64,000 bases of DNA. Origin: an uncultured virus (IMG/VR IMGVR_UViG_3300013006_001224) (lineage: Duplodnaviria; Heunggongvirae; Uroviricota; Caudoviricetes). Numbering within the stretch: the stretch's first letter is position 1; every line of letters starts with the position of its first letter. The translations under genes and the position numbers were made by a program. Of the stretch, positions 1-7,936 are shown one piece after another. The notes beneath the pieces were generated by a model. The model worked only from the letters and a program-made list of their open reading frames with translations, searched no databases and was not told the origin of the DNA. The DNA lies in IMG/VR virus record IMGVR_UViG_3300013006_001224, one strand, 5' to 3'.

Positions 1-1
1 A

Positions 2-526
2 GAAATCAATATTCCATCCGGTCAATATTGTAGGAGCTATTTCCGCATACTTCATTAAGAAGCGATTCAATAACTCATATTCATCTTTACAAGAATAAAC
101 TACATTTGTAGTCTCTACAATACTCTTTGGATCCAAAACCCAAACAAAGTGCTGATCACCTGCCTGATCATAAATGGCAATAGATGTAATTGGATTCTCT
201 GCGTTTTCTGTAGTAGGGAATCCAGTTGATATATCTACCTCAATATCTAAAAATATAGTTCTATGACCTACAGATAAATCATCTGAATCGCTATACATAT
301 CGACTAATGTGCGAACTTCCGGGTTAACATCACTTTCATATAAGCTCGAGTCACCCGGTTCAAATTCAGTTACCTTAGTTAGTTTAGTACCATCTAATGC
401 TGTATACTCGCCGTAATTAGATTTTGCATACGCATACGGTTTGTATTTAATTTTTATATGTCCTTTTACATCGTCCCAGATGTGTACAGTATTATCCGTA
501 CGTCTAAATGCAACTGCTTGATACAT
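2..526 (-). CDS. Family B DNA polymerase, N-terminal and 3'-5' exonuclease part (runs off the window edge)
   Basis: Not in the ORF track; translated by hand from ATG at 526: MYQAVAFRRTDNTVHIWDD...TIFLDIEV...FP...NPITSIAIYD...EYELL...ILTGWNIDF. Contains ExoI (DIE) and ExoII (TGWN..F) motifs. The ATG overlaps the hpt stop (TAATG). Confidence 0.9.
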   Translation of the reverse strand, partial: MYQAVAFRRTDNTVHIWDDVKGHIKIKYKPYAYAKSNYGEYTALDGTKLTKVTEFEPGDSSLYESDVNPEVRTLVDMYSDSDDLSVGHRTIFLDIEVDISTGFPTTENAENPITSIAIYDQAGDQHFVWVLDPKSIVETTNVVYSCKDEYELLNRFLMKYAEIAPTILTGWNIDF

Positions 527-1044
527 TAATTACCTTGTTTTGGAATGCTGTAAATATTTCTATAATTTCTCTTCAACCCGTTATCATCGAATCCATATCC
601 AACAACCCATTCATCTCCTATTTCAAAACAGAAATGATCGACATCAAATGGATTACCTTTTCTATGAACCAATGTAACTATCTTAACATCTACTGGTACT
701 CGGCTATATACTCGTTGAAGTATTTCAATCATAGTAGCTCCAGTATCAACAATATCCTCTATAATATAAACCCTTTTTCCCTTAAGGTCAACCTCTATAT
801 CTTTAGTAAAGGTTACTCCTCCGGAATTGTCTTGTCCATGATATGACTTAGGTCTAATAAAATCTACTTCACAATCCGTACCCATATCCTTTACTAGATC
901 AGCAAAGAATAAGAACGAGCCGTTTAATACACAAATTAATACAGGCGGCAATGAATTGCCACTATTTTTATGTTCTTCAGATATTTTATGTGCCATGGCT
1001 CGTACATGGCGTTCTATCTTATATTCCGGTATTAAAATTTCCAT
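526..1044 (-). CDS. hpt: Hypoxanthine/guanine phosphoribosyltransferase
   Basis: VLNGSFLFFADL, PRPP-binding motif IIEDIVDTGAT, and WVVGYGFD...RN. Confidence 0.92.
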   Translation of the reverse strand: MEILIPEYKIERHVRAMAHKISEEHKNSGNSLPPVLICVLNGSFLFFADLVKDMGTDCEVDFIRPKSYHGQDNSGGVTFTKDIEVDLKGKRVYIIEDIVDTGATMIEILQRVYSRVPVDVKIVTLVHRKGNPFDVDHFCFEIGDEWVVGYGFDDNGLKRNYRNIYSIPKQGN

Positions 1045-1748
1045 TAGTAACCTTTTACAAATTCATAAAATTCTGATCTAGTAGCATTATCTTTATAGAA
1101 TGCACCTGTCAACTTAGATGTCTTCATACTTGCGCCACCATGTTTAACTCCACGGCATTGTACACAATTATGGGTAGCTTCGATCATTACAGCAACACCT
1201 TTATTATCTTTAATAATAGTATTAACTGCATTATGAATTGCAACTGTTAATTGTTCTTGTATAGCACCTCTTCGTCCGAAATGCTCAACTAATCTATTTA
1301 GTTTCGAAAGACCGATTACTTTACTATCTTTACCTGGAATATATGCTATATGTACTCGGCCTGTAATAGCTTGGTGATGATGACTACACATTGATGTCAA
1401 TGGAATGCCGCCTTCAAATACCATACCATCATATCCGTCACTCGGAAATGCAGTGATATCAGGTGTACCATTATATCGGCCTGCCCATAAATCATTTACA
1501 TATGCCTTTGCTACTCGTCTCGGAGTATCATTTGAATTAGGATCATTTTCCCAATCAACACCTAATGCCGTTAGGAACTCCCCAAATGCCTTTGATGCTC
1601 TTTCAATAATGCCTTGTTTCTCCTCAGAAGATAGTTTAGCATCAAGTCCTTCAATAGCTTGCTTTTCTGCTAACTGAATTGATATTCCGTTCGCAAATCC
1701 TTGTCTTACGGTTTCGATAGTACCGTTAATCTTTGTCTTCTGTCCCAT
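1044..1748 (-). CDS. folE: GTP cyclohydrolase I
   Basis: TPRRVAK, SMCSHH, IGLSKLNR, QEQLT, HNCVQCRGV. Confidence 0.96.
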   Translation of the reverse strand: MGQKTKINGTIETVRQGFANGISIQLAEKQAIEGLDAKLSSEEKQGIIERASKAFGEFLTALGVDWENDPNSNDTPRRVAKAYVNDLWAGRYNGTPDITAFPSDGYDGMVFEGGIPLTSMCSHHHQAITGRVHIAYIPGKDSKVIGLSKLNRLVEHFGRRGAIQEQLTVAIHNAVNTIIKDNKGVAVMIEATHNCVQCRGVKHGGASMKTSKLTGAFYKDNATRSEFYEFVKGY

Positions 1749-1754
1749 AATTTA

Positions 1755-2048
1755 TTATTTGCTATTTAACATTTCAATTTCTGACTCTCGTAATAATAAA
1801 TACTCTTCATCTTCAATTTTAACTTTTCTTGAAGTTTCTGATTTATGAATTAATACTTCATCTCCTACTTTAACTGTCATTGGAATTTTATCACCGGTCT
1901 GGGTGAACAATCCGTTACCTACTGATATTACATCAGCATAAACATAATCGCCGTCCATGTTATTCATTAACATAATACCGCTTACTGATTTCTCAGCCTT
2001 TTCACGTTCCTTTAAAAGGACACGATCTCCTAATGGTTTCATTTTCAT
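1755..2048 (-). CDS. groES: Co-chaperonin GroES (functional counterpart of T4 gp31)
   Basis: MKPLGDRVL...SGI...VISVGNG...VKVGDEV...EEYLLLRESEI; start moved to ATG 2048. Confidence 0.93.
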   Translation of the reverse strand: MKMKPLGDRVLLKEREKAEKSVSGIMLMNNMDGDYVYADVISVGNGLFTQTGDKIPMTVKVGDEVLIHKSETSRKVKIEDEEYLLLRESEIEMLNSK

Positions 2049-2058
2049 AACTATTCCT

Positions 2059-2844
2059 TTATACTGCTCGTTTTGTATCATATGCTATAATGTGATCTCG
2101 ACCTGACATATTATATCCATGCTCCGCACATAATTCAAATACCAACGGATACATTTTAATCAATTCATCTCTACTATCACCTGCAGGCATAATATAAGTT
2201 TTATCTTTCGGAATTCCTAATTCTATACGAAAGTTTTCTATTTCTTCTAAATTCTTAGGTGTACCATCCCATACCGGCTTATAATGATAATCGGTATGAT
2301 AATCAATCATAGCACGTATAGCTTCTTTATTAAGCCTATACTTGTTATGTTGATCTACAAATTTCTGATCGACTGTCTTACCGCCTGGAGTTTTAATACC
2401 AACATGTGGTATACTATTATTAAACTTAGGAGAGAGTGAAACCAAACCCAACGGATAATCTGTTTTAACATAATGAGATCCTTCTGTTTCTATAGTAATA
2501 ATTATACCACGTTGGCGCGCGAAATGTGTTAATTCATTAACTAATGCAGGTTGCATTGTAGGAGCTCCTCCAGTTAACATCATCTCTTTTACCTGAGGAT
2601 TCTCATCATATATCTTAATAATGTCATTGAAAGTAAATTTACCTTTCTCCGGATGGATTGAACTATACCAACTATCACACCATCCGCCATCACCAAACCA
2701 GCATCTATGAGTACATCCCGTAACTCGTATAGCAATTGTAGGTCTTCCGAATCGGCTGCCTTCTGACTGTACACATCGATACAATTCATTAACAGGTAAA
2801 ACTTTATTGTAATCTTCTATTCTTCCCAATTTTTTATTCTCCAT
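2059..2844 (-). CDS. queE: 7-carboxy-7-deazaguanine synthase (radical SAM)
   Basis: QSEG...GRP...R..GC-x3-C-x7-CDS, LTGG, IETEG, SLSPK; adjacent to queD and folE. Confidence 0.88.
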   Translation of the reverse strand: MENKKLGRIEDYNKVLPVNELYRCVQSEGSRFGRPTIAIRVTGCTHRCWFGDGGWCDSWYSSIHPEKGKFTFNDIIKIYDENPQVKEMMLTGGAPTMQPALVNELTHFARQRGIIITIETEGSHYVKTDYPLGLVSLSPKFNNSIPHVGIKTPGGKTVDQKFVDQHNKYRLNKEAIRAMIDYHTDYHYKPVWDGTPKNLEEIENFRIELGIPKDKTYIMPAGDSRDELIKMYPLVFELCAEHGYNMSGRDHIIAYDTKRAV

Positions 2845-3301
2845 AAATAGCTGAGTTTTTATTATGTTCTTTAAATTCTACTTGGGTAACACGTACTCTA
2901 TTATTTGTTTCTTCTAGTACAAATTTGTTTACTTTGTCATAGATGAATTTAGCAAATTGTTCCGCTCCTGTAGCTGGTATTACTCTCAATTGAATAAGTT
3001 TATTTTTATCCATGTCTTTAAATAATTCCAAATAAGGGTCATCTTCAGCCATGATTACAGTATGATCAAACATATAATCCATCCACGCTTTAGGATTCAT
3101 ACCATCAATAGTACCTTTAGCTCTTTTCATACCGCCAAAGTCCCATACCCAATTTTTTTCATCTAATTCACCTTCAAAGGTAATCTTAAATGAAATACCA
3201 TAGCCATGCAAGAATTGACAATGAGTCCCATTTGCTCTCCATTGACGGAATACAGTACTAAACCCGTCAAATATTTTCGTTGATTGAAATTTTGTTTTCA
3301 T
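2834..3301 (-). CDS. queD: 6-carboxytetrahydropterin synthase
   Basis: HCQFLHGY, WVWDFG, FDHT, TGAEQFA, terminal EH..NSA. Confidence 0.92.
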   Translation of the reverse strand: MKTKFQSTKIFDGFSTVFRQWRANGTHCQFLHGYGISFKITFEGELDEKNWVWDFGGMKRAKGTIDGMNPKAWMDYMFDHTVIMAEDDPYLELFKDMDKNKLIQLRVIPATGAEQFAKFIYDKVNKFVLEETNNRVRVTQVEFKEHNKNSAIYGE

Positions 3302-3302
3302 A

Positions 3303-3590
3303 TTATCCTTCGTAAGTCCAAGCTAAAAAATACTTTCTGCCATGTAACAAGTGAGATCCGAGATAATCATAATTACCTGAATACTCTGCCATATAGTTTA
3401 GCATGGTATGGTAGTTATTAAATATTGTAAAATTGCCAGCCTCAGGGTATAATACCTGGAATGACTTACCCGACTGTTTATATGAACGATCTGAAATGGT
3501 TTCATATAACATAGCCTTAAGGTAATCTTGATCACAAAAAGCTAATTTTCTTAATTCGAATGCAAATTCGACATCTTTAAACTTTATCAT
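3303..3590 (-). CDS. Hypothetical protein, first gene of the que operon
   Basis: 95-aa ORF directly behind a promoter-like element and abutting queD. Confidence 0.6.
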   Translation of the reverse strand: MIKFKDVEFAFELRKLAFCDQDYLKAMLYETISDRSYKQSGKSFQVLYPEAGNFTIFNNYHTMLNYMAEYSGNYDYLGSHLLHGRKYFLAWTYEG

Positions 3591-3612
3591 ATAACTTATT
3601 TTTAATGTTACT

Positions 3613-3644
3613 TAAATATAATAACATTCTTTTCAATATCCTAA
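3613..3644 (-). promoter_or_regulatory. Bacteroidota sigma70-type promoter variant (TTAG-N20-TATATTTA)
   Basis: Same layout as the elements at 9297, 12332, 16599, 47835 and 55429. Confidence 0.55.
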
Positions 3645-4183
3645 TCTTTTTTATTTTTTTTCATCCATTGATTGCCATTCCAATATTCGAATCCTGGCAG
3701 TGATGATTTATAATCAAACTGGTGAAAATAATCTGTTATATATAAATACTCGTATTCATTTTTAAATTTATCAATAAGATAATAATATGATAGTGTACCG
3801 TACGATTTTTTACTTTGTACCGTATTCATTACAGAATATAGAATTTGATTTTCATAGAAATTAATTCTACCCCAAAAGATATTATCAAAGAAAAAATCTA
3901 AATGTTTACTATCTGAATATGCGTCTATATCATATGGTATAGTAATATCACGATTATTAGTTTCATATGTAACAGAAATATTGTTTAATTCTTTTTTACG
4001 TGAAGTTGAAATATCACTTAATTTTAATCTCGATGATCGTGTCTGATACCATATATCTTTATACGGCACCCATCCATTATTAAACATGTACTCAGCCGAT
4101 TCAGTTTCTTTTTCAGCTTCTAAATAAATAAGAGGATTTACGCCATCGAATATACTATGTACATGATTAAATATTAGTTTCAT
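3641..4183 (-). CDS. ATE1/Bpt-like aminoacyl-tRNA--protein transferase (GNAT fold), compact
   Basis: MFNNGW...WYQTRSSR near the N-terminus; SYGT....LI...YEYLY...YK...GFEYWNG..W at the C-terminus resembles the ATE_C pattern (SLG...Y.YLG...YK). Confidence 0.55.
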   Translation of the reverse strand: MKLIFNHVHSIFDGVNPLIYLEAEKETESAEYMFNNGWVPYKDIWYQTRSSRLKLSDISTSRKKELNNISVTYETNNRDITIPYDIDAYSDSKHLDFFFDNIFWGRINFYENQILYSVMNTVQSKKSYGTLSYYYLIDKFKNEYEYLYITDYFHQFDYKSSLPGFEYWNGNQWMKKNKKD

Positions 4184-4868
4184 TATCTAATTCATTATAC
4201 ATATTCGACCGAGCTGTATTAGATTCTCCGCTAGTCAAATCAGTATGATCATAGTTCATGACATCTGTATCAGGAGTTACCCATCTAGCATTACGTTCAG
4301 CTGTCCATAATGTAGTGTTATACTTTCTATGGATAACTAGATCTTCTTTAACAGTAAATGACGGATCATGTACAGTCAATCGATTATTTGGCTGAATTGC
4401 AAAATTCCCATTATCCATTGCAATAAAATGACCACATTTATGTTGTGATGGAAATTCACTTAATAGAAAATCCGTATCAGATGAATCTGTTGAGCTTGCC
4501 CAATCCAATGTAAATAAGTATTTACCTTGATACTTTTCTCTACGTCTTGATATAAATTTTACAACTTTATTTTTTAATATTGGATATGTTGTTACTACTA
4601 CATGATAAGAAAAAGAGTCCCATAAAACTAATTCATCTAATTCTTGTTCCGGAGCATTATCCTTCCAACAAAAAGCATGAATCGGCATTCTCCACCAAAG
4701 AGCTCCATCTTCCATTATAAAATGAAATAACGGCGCCTGTGAAGGAATTGAACACATTCCAAAAATATAACATGGAAATTTTTTATCATGCGAATCTTCT
4801 TGATTACGAAGAAAATTACCACGTATATACGCTTCTACGACAGGTATGGGAGTATTTAAATATGACAT
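4167..4868 (-). CDS. Phage hypothetical protein
   Basis: 233-aa ORF in operon context (LWDSFS, YLFTLDW, QHKCGH, QPNNR); function not recognised. Confidence 0.75.
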   Translation of the reverse strand: MSYLNTPIPVVEAYIRGNFLRNQEDSHDKKFPCYIFGMCSIPSQAPLFHFIMEDGALWWRMPIHAFCWKDNAPEQELDELVLWDSFSYHVVVTTYPILKNKVVKFISRRREKYQGKYLFTLDWASSTDSSDTDFLLSEFPSQHKCGHFIAMDNGNFAIQPNNRLTVHDPSFTVKEDLVIHRKYNTTLWTAERNARWVTPDTDVMNYDHTDLTSGESNTARSNMYNELDNETNI

Positions 4869-4871
4869 AAT

Positions 4872-5033
4872 TTATACTTTGTTATATGGGCAATGCCGAC
4901 AACCATTTGTGCAACAATACCCTCGTTTTTGTAGAAAGTGGGCGGTAAATACTACACGCCCATTTTCATCTTTATAATAATCTTTTAGAGTTTCTTGCAG
5001 TTGTAACTGCGATATCCAATCGTCTTTTCGCAT
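4872..5033 (-). CDS. DUF5522-like Cys-rich small protein (53 aa)
   Basis: Below the ORF-track cutoff; hand translation MRKDDWISQLQLQETLKDYYKDENGRVVFTAHFLQKRGYCCTNGCRHCPYNKV; ATG overlaps the upstream TAA. Confidence 0.8.
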   Translation of the reverse strand: MRKDDWISQLQLQETLKDYYKDENGRVVFTAHFLQKRGYCCTNGCRHCPYNKV

Positions 5034-5914
5034 TACTTTTTAATGTTAGCCAATTGTTTTAAACGACTTTTAACTGATTCTTTTACATCAGGTTGCGCTG
5101 GTCGATCAAAGTTAACATCACCTTGCTTTAATAACTTACCCCATTCCTCTGCTCCACTAACGCCTGGTTGAGGCATTGAATCTCTTGTAGGCGCCCATGA
5201 CTCTGGTTTTGATCTTGCAATCATTGTACGTACATTCGTCGCAATATGTTGGGCAATTTCATCATCAGAAGCAAATCCATACTTTGACCAAACCTTACGT
5301 GCCTTATCATTTAAATTCTTTTCAACGTAATCATATACATCTTGGTCTGTATATGTAAGTAAGTTACCACCACTTCTATCAGCCTGTATTGTCTTTGTTT
5401 GTCCGGCATCAGCTGCAATTGCAGTATGAACTACTTTAAGTATCTGTTCTGGATCTAACCTACCGGTAATATTTAATGCTGGTATAGTAGCGTCTGGGTT
5501 TGCAGCATATACTTGTGACCATCTATGATGTCCATCGATAATATACTCGCCATTGTAAATAATAATAGGATCGGGAAATGAAGCACTGCCGTTTAAAAAT
5601 CCTCCTAATGAACCGAACTTATCAGTTAAGATATTCAATAAACTATCTACTGCGCCTATTTCATTTTGAGTGGGTTTTAGATCTTTTACCTTTGGACTAG
5701 CACCGGCAACTGAAAAGCGTTCATCGGCCTTTCCTTTACTATCAGTCTGCCCGGCCTGCAATACAGCGGCTATTTTAGGATCTGTTGCATACTTTTGTAA
5801 AGTAGCTACATAATCTTCTATAGATCCATTTTCAAATTTATCTGATAGGTCTGCTAATTTATCGTCAACAGCATCTTCAGCTAGAATTGATTTCACTAGT
5901 GTTGTAAGTTTCAT
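5033..5914 (-). CDS. ParB/Srx N-terminal-domain protein
   Basis: LKPTQ and YIIDGHHRW motifs. Confidence 0.8.
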   Translation of the reverse strand: MKLTTLVKSILAEDAVDDKLADLSDKFENGSIEDYVATLQKYATDPKIAAVLQAGQTDSKGKADERFSVAGASPKVKDLKPTQNEIGAVDSLLNILTDKFGSLGGFLNGSASFPDPIIIYNGEYIIDGHHRWSQVYAANPDATIPALNITGRLDPEQILKVVHTAIAADAGQTKTIQADRSGGNLLTYTDQDVYDYVEKNLNDKARKVWSKYGFASDDEIAQHIATNVRTMIARSKPESWAPTRDSMPQPGVSGAEEWGKLLKQGDVNFDRPAQPDVKESVKSRLKQLANIKK

Positions 5915-5934
5915 TTAAAAGCCTTTTATTTATA

Positions 5935-5942
5935 ATAAATAT
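5935..5942 (-). promoter_or_regulatory. Putative late promoter ATATTTAT (representative of 24 intergenic copies)
   Basis: ATAAATAT on + at 5935, 7879, 12407, 12826, 15225, 15243, 24532, 25656, 25938, 26672, 27226, 29070, 29409, 32518, 35092, 35469, 43792, 44594, 47491, 51927, 53850, 58829, 60527, 62697, each upstream of a minus-strand start. Confidence 0.75.
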
Positions 5943-7804
5943 TAGCCAATAGTTACTTCACAAGCTCCGCCAGCGCATGCAACTTCACCTTTCAAATCAG
6001 TATCATCATCTAACTCAACAATACGAGATAAATCAATTTCATTAAGTGAAGTCATCAATTCTTCAAAACGCTCTTTTGTAATATCTTCAAATGGAGCTTG
6101 TTTATATGTTCCGCCGTTATAAGGCAATACAGATAATCCATTATAGAACTCACGATTCTCCCACATCCATTGACCTGCCGGAGACCATTCATGATCACGT
6201 AATGATACCGTAGCTGAAATGTTATGTGTATTACTTCCATTTCTATGTCCTGGACGAACCCATTCCTGAGTTACACGCTTTATACGATCTAACAATTGGA
6301 ATGGAGATTCTGTTCTTAGAATTGCAGTAGCCGGTGCCTTTTGTGGAATTGATATCACTGCGGTATCATGCGGACGGAAATACTCATCTTCAATTAGTTC
6401 TGGGTGGTATACTGATAGGTAAGAGTAAATTGCTTCATTCTTACCAACTCTAATTCTACGAACATAATAATCGTTGTGCCATGCATGAATACCGGAACTA
6501 GTTCCTAATGTCAATGATGTTGTTCCTGCAGGCTTAACTGTTGTTGTACGAGCCGCCTTATTGATTCCAATTGCAATTGCTACTCGATCATTTTCTTCTT
6601 TAACTACTTTAGCAGCTTCTTTCATGTTATAATCTAATACAGTACCAGAACCAATACCTGTCATTGATACTCCGATCAACGCATCCTTTTCAGTTGTACG
6701 CTTCCAAATTGGACGAAGATAATGAAAGTCGGTATAACCTGCTTGAAGCGTTCCGATGAACGCAGCTGCTTTCATTCTTGCATTTAAATCTTCTTGGCTT
6801 TCAACATCTGATACATTTACTTCACATAAGTTACAGAATTGAAATGGGCGTAAGGCAATCTCACAACATGGATTAGTTCCCCAATCTTTATCGTTACTTA
6901 AATAGATACCAGGTTCTCCTGCTCCAGATAATTCAACTCGCTTCCAAAGATCTAAAAAGAATTCTTTTGTAATCTTATGGCGCATCAATACTGCTGAATT
7001 ATTAGCACGACCTCTTTGCGGATGCAATTCCCACCATGCGCCTGACTTACATGAAATCATTTCTTCATCATCAGCACTAAAAAGACTAATAAGAGCTGCT
7101 CTGCGAATACCGCCGGCCAACACTGCATCCGCAACGTGGCAAACAATATCATGGACTTCCAAAGCTGATAATTTATCACCATCTTGTTTTTCATTTAATA
7201 TTCCTTCTATTTTTACTAAACACTCACGTAATGGCTGAGGTCCTGGTGCTTTACCGCCCGATGTAACTAATCTAGCACCCTTAGGTCTAATATCAGAAAA
7301 ATCAAATTTAAGTTTAGACCCGCCATAAAAGTAAGATTTTATTAATGCCTTAACTGCATCTGCCCAACCTTCAATACTATCTGCAATAAGGAATCTACGA
7401 TCACGATCGATACTAGGCTTACGAATTTCCGGTAATGCATCTACATGATGACGTTGCACAGAATATCCAACTCCAGTACCACCTAACAATAAAAACATTA
7501 CTTCGCCGAAAGCTCTCCAATCATCAATAGGAAGATAGGCACAGTTATAAATACGATTTGGACTAATCTCGATTGGCTTACCACCAAATTGCAAACTACG
7601 CATTGAAGGCAATACTTTTTTATCGAATACAAATTTATATGCCTCAACAATTTCTCCACCTAAGGTTGGATACTTCTTGATATGCATATTCATATTTCTT
7701 GTTACAAGTTCGCTCCATGTCTCGCGTCTTTGTTTTTCAGGTCGGTACTTTGCGTACTTCATGTGTACGGTAATGTCCGACAAAATCCGGTTTGAAATGT
7801 CCAT
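5942..7804 (-). CDS. nrdJ: Class II (adenosylcobalamin-dependent) ribonucleoside-triphosphate reductase
   Basis: YNCA, GGTGVG, GGIRRAA, TNPCCEI, TTVKPAGT, C-terminal CAGGACE; start moved to MDISNR at 7804. Confidence 0.93.
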   Translation of the reverse strand: MDISNRILSDITVHMKYAKYRPEKQRRETWSELVTRNMNMHIKKYPTLGGEIVEAYKFVFDKKVLPSMRSLQFGGKPIEISPNRIYNCAYLPIDDWRAFGEVMFLLLGGTGVGYSVQRHHVDALPEIRKPSIDRDRRFLIADSIEGWADAVKALIKSYFYGGSKLKFDFSDIRPKGARLVTSGGKAPGPQPLRECLVKIEGILNEKQDGDKLSALEVHDIVCHVADAVLAGGIRRAALISLFSADDEEMISCKSGAWWELHPQRGRANNSAVLMRHKITKEFFLDLWKRVELSGAGEPGIYLSNDKDWGTNPCCEIALRPFQFCNLCEVNVSDVESQEDLNARMKAAAFIGTLQAGYTDFHYLRPIWKRTTEKDALIGVSMTGIGSGTVLDYNMKEAAKVVKEENDRVAIAIGINKAARTTTVKPAGTTSLTLGTSSGIHAWHNDYYVRRIRVGKNEAIYSYLSVYHPELIEDEYFRPHDTAVISIPQKAPATAILRTESPFQLLDRIKRVTQEWVRPGHRNGSNTHNISATVSLRDHEWSPAGQWMWENREFYNGLSVLPYNGGTYKQAPFEDITKERFEELMTSLNEIDLSRIVELDDDTDLKGEVACAGGACEVTIG

Positions 7805-7936
7805 AGTTAAATTCCTAAATATTTTATATGAGTAAATATACGTTATAACTTTTTGTGTTAAAACAACGTATTTTTCTAATAAATATACAGTCAATGTGCA
7901 TACATTACTGCTTTTGATTAATTTATTATAAAGTTT

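Noticed and set aside
7805..7936. Cobalamin riboswitch upstream of nrdJ
   Set aside because: The region is too short and AT-rich and has no B12-box
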